From Fimbriiglobus ruber (lineage in GTDB: Bacteria; Planctomycetota; Planctomycetia; Gemmatales; Gemmataceae), in assembly GCF_002197845.1 (NCBI RefSeq), contig NZ_NIDE01000017.1, positions 386,712-418,711 on the forward strand: a DNA stretch of 32,000 bases, in the 5' to 3' direction. The notes under the pieces were generated by a model. That model did no database searches, was not told where the DNA came from, and was given only the letters and a program-made list of their open reading frames with translations. Positions within the stretch are counted from its first letter, which is position 1. Each line of letters begins with the position of its first letter. The position numbers were made by a program, and so were the translations under genes. This document shows positions 22,950 to 31,246 of this stretch, in pieces.

Positions 22950-23654
22950 ATGAGCGAACGGCATCGCACCGGATTATTGGTCAGCGTCCGGTCGGCCGAC
23001 GAGGCGACGACTGCGATCGAGAGCGGGGCCGACCTGATCGACGTGAAAGACCCGACCAAGGGGCCGCTCGGGATCGCCCACCACGAGGCGGTTGCCGGCG
23101 TCGTCGCCGCGGTCGGCGGGAAGGTTCCGGTCAGCGCGGCGCTCGGCGAGTGGTCGCCGTCGGTCCTGACCGAAGCGCACTGGCACCTCGAACTCCCATT
23201 GAATTACGTGAAGTGGGGCCTGGCGGGGTACAAGGGCGGCCCGGGGTGGGGGGAAGACCTCCTCGAAACCAAGCGGCAGGTGCCGGCCGGGATCGAAGTC
23301 GTGGCCGTCGCCTACGCCGACTGGGAGAAGGCGAACTCCGTGCCCCCGATGGAAGTCGCGAAGTTCGCCAAACGGTTCCGCTTCCGCGCGTTCCTGCTAG
23401 ACACGTTCGTCAAGGAAGGAAAATCACTCCTCGACCATATGTCGCCGGCCGAAATCCGTGAGATGGTCGAGAGCCTGCGGCGCGGCATGGTCGCGGTCGC
23501 GGTGGGCGGGTCGCTGAAGGTCGAACAACTGAAACAGCTAAAAGACGTGAAGCCGGACTGGTACGCGGTCCGCGGGTCGGTCTGCGCCGGCGGCAAGCGC
23601 GACGGTGTCCTCGACCCGGTGCGGGTCAAGAAGTGGAAAGAGGCTCTGGCGTAA
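22950..23654 (+). CDS. mfnB: (5-formylfuran-3-yl)methyl phosphate synthase, MfnB family (methanofuran biosynthesis)
   Basis: TGLLVSVRSADEATTAIESGADLIDVKDPTKGPLG matches the MfnB N-terminal pattern (LLVS.....EA..A...GADIIDVK.P..G.LG). ATG 22950 is preceded by GGAAGG. An alternative ATG is at 22938. Confidence 0.8.
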   Translation: MSERHRTGLLVSVRSADEATTAIESGADLIDVKDPTKGPLGIAHHEAVAGVVAAVGGKVPVSAALGEWSPSVLTEAHWHLELPLNYVKWGLAGYKGGPGWGEDLLETKRQVPAGIEVVAVAYADWEKANSVPPMEVAKFAKRFRFRAFLLDTFVKEGKSLLDHMSPAEIREMVESLRRGMVAVAVGGSLKVEQLKQLKDVKPDWYAVRGSVCAGGKRDGVLDPVRVKKWKEALA

Positions 23655-23707
23655 TCGACAACACGCGAGCCGGTCGTTACCGATCCTTCCCGAGGTGTGG
23701 CGTACTC

Positions 23708-26485
23708 GTGAGACTCGTTGCTGTTCTCCTCGTCGCGGGACTCGTGTCGCCGCCTCTCTTCTCCGTGCCGCCCGACGCGACTCCTCCCGCAGATTGGCTC
23801 GTTCACCCGGACGGGTTCAAGGCGAGTGTGCGCGAGGACAAAAGCCGCAAGGAACTCACCCTCGGCAACGGGCTCGCGACCCGCGTGATTCGGCTGGCAC
23901 CGAACGCGGCCACCGTCAGCCTGGATAACCCGATCACCGGCGAAAGCCTGCTCCGGGCAGTGGGACCGGAATCGCGGGTGACGATCGATGGCGTCGAGTA
24001 CGCCGTCGGCGGGTTGTCCGGCCAGCCGGTCAAGAATTACCTTAAGGCCGAATGGCTCGACGCCCTCCGCGACTCACCCGACGCTTACCACTTCAACGGT
24101 TGGAAGGAAGGACCGATCGAGGCCCGCTTCCCGTGGAAGAAACGGACCGAGTGGCTGTCGCGCGACCTGCCGTGGCCCCCGCCGGGGCGGCACGTCGTAC
24201 TCGAATTCGTCCCGCCAACCAAGCGACCGGGTCCACCGGCCGGGCCGGTGTTGTTCGAAGACCACTTCCGCGGACCGCTCAACGAAGCCTGGAAAGTTCA
24301 CGCCAGTCCGGCGCACGCCCGCTCGTCGTTCAGCAACGAGGGGAAGCCCGGCGAGATTCTGGCGGTCCCGGACACGGCGGTTTACGCCGAACGTGGTTGG
24401 CCCAAGGGCGGGGTCGCGGTCGACGTAACGGTCGACACGGGCGACGATACCAGTTCCAACTCGTGGGGTCCCGGGCTGGCTCTGGTTTGCCCGGACCGGG
24501 TCGTTTGTTTCGCCGCCCGGCCCGCGTCGGGGCAGTTCGAGATCTGCGACCCGGACCGCGGGGAACACATCGCTGGGAAGTTCGACCGCGCCAAGCCGGT
24601 CACGCTGCGGGCACGAATCGACGGTGGCCGGGTGACGTTTGAAGCGTCGCAGGACGACGGCAAGACCGTCACGGTCGTCGGCGACGCCCGGCTCGCCCGC
24701 GAGCCGACCGCCATCCGCGTCGGGAAGGTCGGCAAGAGTGGGCGCGGGGTCGATTACCCCAACGCGACGGGCGAGCCGGTGCGCAGCCACGTCCGGTCGG
24801 TCGTGATCCGCGGCCCCGAGCCCGTACAAAAAGCCGCCCCGCGCACCGACCTGCCCGCTGTCGAAATCCACTACGAAATTTACGACGGCCTCCCGCTCTT
24901 CTCGAAGTGGCTGGTCGTGCGCAACGGGACGCAGAAGCCCGTGCGCGTGAACGCCTTTGTGTCCGAAGAACTGCGGCTGACCGAAGTCGAGTCGAACGTC
25001 GAAGCGGCGCCCGACCGCGAGCGGCCCAACCTCTGGGTCGAGACCGATTACGCCTTCGGAGCCATGGACGCGCCGCACGCCGTCAACAAGTCCGTGTTCC
25101 TCACCACCGACCCCGACTACCCCACCCAGGTCCACTACGACCGCCAAACGCCCTGCCTGCTTCGGTGCCGACCACTGGCGGGACCGGACCAGGACGTTGC
25201 GCCGGGCGGCAGCCTGGAATCGTTCCGGACGTTCGAGCTTTTATTGGACTCCACCGAGCGGGAGCGGCGGGGTCTGGCCCAGCGGCGGATGTACCGCACC
25301 CTCGCGCCGTGGACGGCCGAGAACCCGCTGATGTTCCACGTCCGCCGGGCGGACGAACAGACGATCCGGGCGGCGATCGAGCAGGCGTCCGAAGTCGGGT
25401 TCGAGATGCTGATCCTCAGCTTCGGCAGCGGCTTCCACTTTGAATCGACTGATCCGCTGTACCGTAGGAAGTTTCAGGCGCTCGCGGCGGCGGCCCGGGA
25501 GAAAAAGCTCGCCTTGGGCGGGTACTCCCTGCTTGCCTCCCGCGGGGCCGCCGACCCGAAGGACAACACCCAGGGGCCGCCCGCGATGTACGGCGCGATG
25601 CCCTGCCTCGGGTCGAAGTGGGGCCACGCCTACCTCCAACAATTGAAGGGCTTCATCTCCGAAGCGGACCTCGGGGTGCTCGAACACGACGGATCGTACC
25701 CCGGCGACCGGTGCAACAGCCACGCCCACCCCTTCCACCGCGGGCTCGAAGACTCGCAGTGGGTCCAGTGGCGGGCGATCACCGACCTGTACAAGTGGTG
25801 CCGGGCCGAAGGTGTTTACCTGAACATCCCGGACTGGTATTTCCTGGCCGGCGGCAACAAGTGCGGCATGGGCTACTGCGAAACCAACTGGTCGCTACCC
25901 CGGGCCGAGCAGGAACTGATCGAGCGCCAGAACATCTTCGACGGTACCTGGACCAAGACGGGCTCGATGGGTTGGATGTTCGTCCCGCTCACCGAGTACC
26001 AGGGCGGCGGGCCGGCCGCGACGATCGAGCCGCTGGCCAAACACCTCGACCACTACGAGGCCCGGCTCGCCAACCTCCTCGGGGCCGGCGTCCAGGCTTG
26101 CTATCGGGGGCCGCGGCTATATGACACCGACGAGACGAAAGCTCTGGTGAAGAAGTGGGTGGCGTTCTACAAGACGCACCGCGAAGTTCTCGACGGCGAC
26201 CTCATCCACCTGCGGCGGGCGAACGGCCGCGACTGGGACGGCTGGCTCCACGTCAACCCGCAGGGCAAAGAGAAAGGACTGGCGTTCTTCTACAACCCAT
26301 TGTCCGAGCCCATCGAGCGCGAGATCCGCGTCCCGCTCCAATACACCGGGTTGGTCGACAAGGCCCGCGTCTCCATCGACGGCGCGACGCCCACATCCGT
26401 TGCCCTCGACCGGACGGCGACCGCTACCCTGAAGGTGAGAATCCCGGCCCGCGGACGCACCTGGGTGGTCTTTACCACAGAATAA
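23708..26485 (+). CDS. large secreted protein, glycoside-hydrolase-like TIM-barrel C-terminal half (family not determinable by eye)
   Basis: Frame of ORF 23633..26485. GTG 23708 gives a signal-peptide-like start (RLVAVLLVAGLVSPPLFS), whereas ATG 23633 would overlap mfnB by 22 nt. The C-terminal half (EVGFEMLILSFGSG, LEHDGSYPGD, WMFVPLTEYQGGG) resembles sugar-active TIM-barrel enzymes. Confidence 0.75.
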   Translation: MRLVAVLLVAGLVSPPLFSVPPDATPPADWLVHPDGFKASVREDKSRKELTLGNGLATRVIRLAPNAATVSLDNPITGESLLRAVGPESRVTIDGVEYAVGGLSGQPVKNYLKAEWLDALRDSPDAYHFNGWKEGPIEARFPWKKRTEWLSRDLPWPPPGRHVVLEFVPPTKRPGPPAGPVLFEDHFRGPLNEAWKVHASPAHARSSFSNEGKPGEILAVPDTAVYAERGWPKGGVAVDVTVDTGDDTSSNSWGPGLALVCPDRVVCFAARPASGQFEICDPDRGEHIAGKFDRAKPVTLRARIDGGRVTFEASQDDGKTVTVVGDARLAREPTAIRVGKVGKSGRGVDYPNATGEPVRSHVRSVVIRGPEPVQKAAPRTDLPAVEIHYEIYDGLPLFSKWLVVRNGTQKPVRVNAFVSEELRLTEVESNVEAAPDRERPNLWVETDYAFGAMDAPHAVNKSVFLTTDPDYPTQVHYDRQTPCLLRCRPLAGPDQDVAPGGSLESFRTFELLLDSTERERRGLAQRRMYRTLAPWTAENPLMFHVRRADEQTIRAAIEQASEVGFEMLILSFGSGFHFESTDPLYRRKFQALAAAAREKKLALGGYSLLASRGAADPKDNTQGPPAMYGAMPCLGSKWGHAYLQQLKGFISEADLGVLEHDGSYPGDRCNSHAHPFHRGLEDSQWVQWRAITDLYKWCRAEGVYLNIPDWYFLAGGNKCGMGYCETNWSLPRAEQELIERQNIFDGTWTKTGSMGWMFVPLTEYQGGGPAATIEPLAKHLDHYEARLANLLGAGVQACYRGPRLYDTDETKALVKKWVAFYKTHREVLDGDLIHLRRANGRDWDGWLHVNPQGKEKGLAFFYNPLSEPIEREIRVPLQYTGLVDKARVSIDGATPTSVALDRTATATLKVRIPARGRTWVVFTTE

Positions 26486-26506
26486 AGCACCTCTTTTGAA
26501 CTCGAT

Positions 26507-26550
26507 AAAAAAACGACGGTTCGGGCGATTCGTGACCGCCCGAACCGTCG
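26507..26550 (-). terminator. rho-independent terminator for the DUF4198-Kelch gene (hairpin shared with the convergent + strand gene)
   Basis: 14-bp perfect stem cgacggttcgggcg (26514-26527) / cgcccgaaccgtcg (26537-26550) with a 9-nt loop. On the minus strand the stem is followed by T7 (complement of the A-run 26507-26513). Confidence 0.85.
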
Positions 26551-26578
26551 CTCATGACCGACCCGGTTGCCCGGACAA

Positions 26579-28183
26579 CTACCGGGTGACCGTGACCGGC
26601 TCGCCTTTGGCTGCCAAGCGAACCTCTTCGACGGCGGCCACGTTGCCGCCGCCCCCGGCGCCGCCGAGGACGACGACCGCGTCGGTGCCGTACGGGACCA
26701 ACCGGCCGACCCGCCGCTTCGTCACCACCTCGCCAACCTTTTCCCACCCATCTCCGCCGGCCGTCAGCCGGAAGACGGGGCCGGCCGAGGTGTTCACCAC
26801 GAGGCGGCCGTCCACGACCGTCGCCGCGGGCGAGAACGCGTTCCCGGTCTTGCCGGGCAGCGCCGGGCCGGCCGACCACTGGCCGGTCGCCACGTCCAGG
26901 ATGTCGACGTGCGAATCGGCCCCCTTCTCACCCATCCCGGCGAGGACGTACACCTTCGACCCCACGGCCGCGGCGGTCAGTGCCCGCCGCTTGAAAGGCT
27001 GGGGGATCGCTTTCCACTGGCCGCCGTTCGCGGACAGGTCGAGGACTTGCACCGTGTCGTGCCAGACCGGTTGTTCGCCGGCCCCCTTCATTTGCCAGCC
27101 GCCGACGACCACCAACTTGTCACCCGCCACGACCACGTCGTGCGACGACCGGCCGGCCGGCAGCGGGGCGATCGGTTCCCACTTCTTGGTCGCCGGGTCG
27201 AACCGGGCACAGTCGGCCACCGACAGGTTGTCGGCCGGTTCGTCAGGCTTGTTCCGCGGCTGCATGCCGCCGACGCGGTAGACCTTGCCGCCGTGCGTGG
27301 CGAGGTTCATCCCTTGCAGGATCGGCCCGCCGGGCAGTTCTTCCCACGCGGTCCCGCCCTCCAGTTTCAACCGGTGGAACGTGCCGATGACGGAGGCGGT
27401 GTCGTACTTGTGCGTGGTGCCCGAGTGGCCGCCGTAAATGTAGACGTAGCCGTCGCAGGCGATCGCCCCGAGACTCGACACGGCTTTGGGCAGCGGCGGG
27501 AGACCCGGGCCGGCGACGTCGACGACCAGCGTGGGGTAGTGGCGGACGGTGTCGTACTTCTTGCCGTCGAGTTCGCCGGACTTCGTTTCGACGACCCGCG
27601 ACCACGCGCCGTACCGACCGGCCGCCTTGTATTCCGGCGTCAGTCCGTCCTTGTCGGTCTTGACCTTCGCGCCTTCGCCGCCGCTCGGCGGGATCACCGT
27701 GACCTCGGCGTCTGCGACCGGCTTGCCCGCGGCCAGCAGTTTGAACCGGACCGCTCCGGTTTGTCCGACGGGGACCAGTTCGGCTGGGACAGCCGAGCCC
27801 AGCGTGACCAGGGCGTCGTCGGCGCGGCCGAGGACCGCCTTGGGGTAGTAGACGAGGCGGAACGCGGGGTTGTCGCCGCGCTGCCGCACGCCTAGGTCGG
27901 TCGTGCCGAAGATCACCCGCGGGCCGTCGCCCGGGACTTCGACGCTGAGGGCGTGTTCCTTCGCGGTCGTCGTCAGGGCCGTGTCTTTGCCGCCGACGGC
28001 ACGGGCGGTGAGCTTCGTGCCGGCGAACAGCTTCGCGTTCACCCCCGCGTCGGGCTCCAGGCCCTCGCTGAGGACGACGGTGGCTTTGTTCGCCCCGTCG
28101 GGGATGACGAAGATGAAGTGGGCGCGGGCGGCGGGAACCAGGATCAACGCGGCGACCGCCGCGACGAGTAAGCGTTTTAGCAT
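26579..28183 (-). CDS. secreted DUF4198-like domain fused to a Kelch-repeat beta-propeller
   Basis: Signal peptide MLKRLLVAAVAALILVPAARA followed by HFIFV (the mature N-terminal His typical of DUF4198/NikM-like domains). The C-terminal half has repeated Kelch-like units (GYVYIYGG, GKVYRVGG, DKLVVVGG, SKVYVLAG, GRLVV). Confidence 0.8.
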   Translation of the reverse strand: MLKRLLVAAVAALILVPAARAHFIFVIPDGANKATVVLSEGLEPDAGVNAKLFAGTKLTARAVGGKDTALTTTAKEHALSVEVPGDGPRVIFGTTDLGVRQRGDNPAFRLVYYPKAVLGRADDALVTLGSAVPAELVPVGQTGAVRFKLLAAGKPVADAEVTVIPPSGGEGAKVKTDKDGLTPEYKAAGRYGAWSRVVETKSGELDGKKYDTVRHYPTLVVDVAGPGLPPLPKAVSSLGAIACDGYVYIYGGHSGTTHKYDTASVIGTFHRLKLEGGTAWEELPGGPILQGMNLATHGGKVYRVGGMQPRNKPDEPADNLSVADCARFDPATKKWEPIAPLPAGRSSHDVVVAGDKLVVVGGWQMKGAGEQPVWHDTVQVLDLSANGGQWKAIPQPFKRRALTAAAVGSKVYVLAGMGEKGADSHVDILDVATGQWSAGPALPGKTGNAFSPAATVVDGRLVVNTSAGPVFRLTAGGDGWEKVGEVVTKRRVGRLVPYGTDAVVVLGGAGGGGNVAAVEEVRLAAKGEPVTVTR

Positions 28184-28361
28184 GTCGGGTACCTTGGGTG
28201 GTGGGTAAGAGTTTGTGAAAGTCGTTTTTTGGGGTTAGCGGTCGTTTAATGGTCGCTGCAGGGACGTTCTTGGTTTTGAGCCCCTCCGGGGCGACCGAAC
28301 GTAGATCCGGGCGGGAGCCCGGGGACACCGGGGCTGACGGCGTGCCGCACCCGAATCAGAT

Positions 28362-29312
28362 CTACGGCAAAGTCACGACCTCGCCGCCGGCCCGGGTGCC
28401 GAGGCCGGTGAACGTCGTGGCGTCGATCGAGTCCCGGATGAACTGCACGGAGCCGTCGGCCATCGCGAAGTTGGCCCCGCCGGTGTGCTCGCTGCGGTAC
28501 GCCCCGAAGTTCGCGTCGTTGCTCCCGTCGCGTTTGTTGATCCCGTAGTACGTGCCGGTCCAATTATACAGGTATCCGTAGGCCCACACCGGGCCTTCGG
28601 TCGACGGGACGCCGGCCGGCATGAAGTCGTTCTCGCCCACGAGGAGCGTGTTCGACGTGCCGTCGGTGATGTCGGTTATCCGCACCTGGGTGTTGCCCGC
28701 CAGGTCCGGCTGGTTGGGGTTCGACGCCGAGTAAGCGGAGTTGCGGATCGGCAGAATGACCCCGTCGCAGGCGAGCGAAGCGAACGTCCCGTACCGGGCC
28801 TGGAAGGCGGTCGGGGTGCCGGCCGAAAACACGTAGCTGGAGGGGGCGCGGGTCTCCGGGGCCGTCCCGAGCGACCCGCCGTTCGTGGCGCTCGGCGGGA
28901 CCATCGACGGGCAGGTATAGGTCGGGATCTGCATCGCCTCGAGCTGGAGGTTGGAAAACCCGGCGGCGTTGGTGACCGTGCTATTCCGCGGCAGGTTGAT
29001 GTTGTACTGCTTGGCGATGTTGTCCTGCTCCAGGTACGGCAGGATAATGATCCACCCGCTGTTGTAAGAACCGGGCGTGGTCGTCTGGCCCTGCGGGTAG
29101 TCGAGTACGGCGTACGGGAACTTCTGGTACGCGTCGTGGTAGCCGTGGCAGGCGAGGGCGATCTGTTTGATGTTGTTGGAACACTTGATCCGGGCGGCGG
29201 CGGCCCGCACTTTCTGGACGGCGGGTAACAGTAACCCGATCAGGATCGCGATGATCGCGATCACCACCAACAACTCGATCAACGTGAAGGCGCGGCGGGG
29301 CTCGCGGCGCAT
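28362..29312 (-). CDS. DUF1559 domain protein with a prepilin-type N-terminal cleavage/methylation motif and a C-terminal H-X9-DG motif
   Basis: ATG 29312 (GGAGG upstream) gives MRREPRRAFTLIELLVVIAIIAILIGLLLPAVQKVR. The C-terminus has HTGGANFAMADG (H-X9-DG). The track ORF start at 29483 is an upstream extension. Confidence 0.9.
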   Translation of the reverse strand: MRREPRRAFTLIELLVVIAIIAILIGLLLPAVQKVRAAAARIKCSNNIKQIALACHGYHDAYQKFPYAVLDYPQGQTTTPGSYNSGWIIILPYLEQDNIAKQYNINLPRNSTVTNAAGFSNLQLEAMQIPTYTCPSMVPPSATNGGSLGTAPETRAPSSYVFSAGTPTAFQARYGTFASLACDGVILPIRNSAYSASNPNQPDLAGNTQVRITDITDGTSNTLLVGENDFMPAGVPSTEGPVWAYGYLYNWTGTYYGINKRDGSNDANFGAYRSEHTGGANFAMADGSVQFIRDSIDATTFTGLGTRAGGEVVTLP

Positions 29313-29420
29313 GGGTGGACCTCCGGTAAGCGGAAGAAACCACGAGCCGCATAGCGTACGGTGGGCCGGGGGCGGATGAGCGCCAGACTCGGCGACGGAA
29401 GCGTAGCGTTCTCGAACACA

Positions 29421-29449
29421 ATCTTGTTGAGATTGAATGTCAACAAGAT
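29421..29449. promoter_or_regulatory. 10-bp perfect inverted repeat (candidate operator) in the divergent promoter region
   Basis: atcttgttga (29421-29430) and tcaacaagat (29440-29449) with a 9-nt spacer. The right arm lies in the spacer of a possible promoter, TTGAAT (29433-29438) - 16 nt - TAGATT (29455-29460), on the + strand. Confidence 0.35.
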
Positions 29450-29621
29450 GCTGATAGATTAAGCGGAACGCGGCTGCCGTCAACCGGAATCAGGACTTTC
29501 CTACTGCTTTTTCCCAGGACTCTATTACCAACGGCTTTTCAGCGTTCTGACTGAGATTACGGAACCGTAAGATAGAGTCTGCGACTAAGTCTCATTCGCT
29601 ACCGACGAAATTGAGGTCATT

Positions 29622-29798
29622 ATGCCCGAACAGGAGGCGAATCCGCCTGCCCCCGAGGACAACGAAAAGGCGACCCCGCCACAGGTCTATCAACTGGAAG
29701 AATGGCTCGGCGGTCAGAAGGAAGTGATGATCGAATACGCGGGGAAGCGATACCGCCTCCGGGTCACAGACCGCGGCCGATTGATCTTAACGAAGTGA
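29622..29798 (+). CDS. hemP: HemP-like small protein (hemin uptake protein HemP family)
   Basis: 58-codon ORF not in the track. GAGG lies 6 nt upstream of ATG 29622. The C-terminus GGQKEVMIEYAGKRYRLRVTDRGRLILTK matches the HemP pattern (..V.I.H.G..Y.LR.T..GKLILTK). Confidence 0.6.
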   Translation: MPEQEANPPAPEDNEKATPPQVYQLEEWLGGQKEVMIEYAGKRYRLRVTDRGRLILTK

Positions 29799-29806
29799 CC
29801 TGCCGC

Positions 29807-31147
29807 TCACGTCAGTTCGGCGCGCTCGCGGACGGCAGCGAACGTCGTGCGGGTCGTTACTTCGCCGTTCCGGAAGACCGTGGAGAGCAAATCGTCGCCG
29901 GGCGCCGTGTGGGGAATAGTTTTCAGACCCTGTTCGCCGCGGACGAGCTTGAACCGGCCGGCTTTCGATTTCTTCCCGCCGTCCGTGACCGGGCGCTTGA
30001 ACACGTCCCGCTCCTCGCCGTTGACGTTGGCCGACGCGCACTTGAAGGCGAAGCGTTCGGTGTCGCGGTTTAGCTTCTGGAGCAACCCGCCGCCAGAGCC
30101 GAACGCGATGTTGTCGGCCGACCACTTTTGGGCGGTCATCGTGTCGAGAATCTTGGGCAGCATGGCGAAGTCGATGCCGTCGCCCTGGATGACGCGGACC
30201 TTGGGGTGGAGGACGCGGTAGCCCTTGGCGTTCGTCGTGGTGCCAAATTTCTCGCCCAGGAGTTCGAGAACCTTCGGCACGATTTCGGGCGGCGGCCCGC
30301 TGTCCGGCCGCACGACCAGGGTGCCGTCGCGGGCCAGCACTTCGCTCTTGAGCACGCCGCCCCAGTAGTCGGAACAGGCGCGGAAGATGTCGAAGCTGTC
30401 GGACACGCACGCAACCAACCCGGTCGGGTACTGGTGGAGCATGTTTCGCATGGCGTCGACTTCGTGGGCCTCGCCCCAGCTGGTGATCGTCGAGTGTTCG
30501 GAAGCGGGGATCGAGAAGCCGGCCATCGGTTCGTCGTAAAAGCGGCTGGCCATGACCAACCCGGCTACGTTGTCCGTCCCGAGGAAGTTCACCAGGTGGG
30601 CCGCCCCGCCCAGCGCCGCTTGCTCGGGGCAGGTACATCCGCGGAAGCCGAAGTCGTGGAGCTTGAACGCGATCTGAGTCGGGTCGCCGGTCTTTTCCAG
30701 GTACGACAAGATCAGCTTCTTCATGGCCCGGCTCTGCGTGCAGACGGTGGAGGGGTACCACGTCTGGACGAGGAGCGTTTCGAGGTAATTCGTCAGCCAG
30801 TAGCACTCGTCGTCCGTGTTCTCCACGGTCATCAGCACGTTCGATTCGGGAACGACCGTCCCCTCCGGGGCCGCGCGGATTTCGACGGGCAGGCGGCCGC
30901 CGTGCTTTTCGAGGATGTGCTGCCACCCGGCCCGGTTGAACACCCGGCCGCCGAAGTGGAGGGCGAACAGGTCGTCGGCCGCGTCGATCTTTTCGCGGGT
31001 GACGACCTGCCCCTGAAGGTAGTTCTGCAGGAAATATTGGAGGCCGAAAAAGACGACTTCCGGGTAAACGCTGCCGGACCGCGACTCGAAATACGAGTAG
31101 ACCCGCCGTGTGCCCGGCGGGTACTGCTTGAAGTGGCTGGCCTTGTA
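29807..31147 (-). CDS. nadV: nicotinamide phosphoribosyltransferase (NadV/NAMPT), 5' end apparently interrupted by the IS630-family element
   Basis: Strong family blocks from YKASHFKQYPPGTRRVYSYFESR onward (VFFGLQYFL, LPVEIRAAPEG, HDFGFRG, SIPASEHST, IQGDGI, FGSGGGLLQ). Homology stops at the Tyr codon (complement of gta at 31145-31147). The conserved TDS of TDSYK is replaced by VRE. The rest of track ORF ..31702 is antisense to the IS. Confidence 0.85.
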   Translation of the reverse strand, partial: YKASHFKQYPPGTRRVYSYFESRSGSVYPEVVFFGLQYFLQNYLQGQVVTREKIDAADDLFALHFGGRVFNRAGWQHILEKHGGRLPVEIRAAPEGTVVPESNVLMTVENTDDECYWLTNYLETLLVQTWYPSTVCTQSRAMKKLILSYLEKTGDPTQIAFKLHDFGFRGCTCPEQAALGGAAHLVNFLGTDNVAGLVMASRFYDEPMAGFSIPASEHSTITSWGEAHEVDAMRNMLHQYPTGLVACVSDSFDIFRACSDYWGGVLKSEVLARDGTLVVRPDSGPPPEIVPKVLELLGEKFGTTTNAKGYRVLHPKVRVIQGDGIDFAMLPKILDTMTAQKWSADNIAFGSGGGLLQKLNRDTERFAFKCASANVNGEERDVFKRPVTDGGKKSKAGRFKLVRGEQGLKTIPHTAPGDDLLSTVFRNGEVTTRTTFAAVRERAELT

Positions 31148-31246
31148 TTCTCGGACTCGCCTGAAGTGACACAAGTCGGCCTTGAGCAACCAGGCCTGGA
31201 TAGCGGAGGATAGATCCTTCACCGATCCGTCTGCGGGAGGGCAAGG

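Noticed and set aside
23633-23707. ATG 23633 as the start of the large secreted protein
   Set aside because: It would overlap mfnB by 22 nt and place 25 non-hydrophobic residues before the signal-peptide core. GTG 23708 gives a canonical signal peptide. It is kept only as an alternative.
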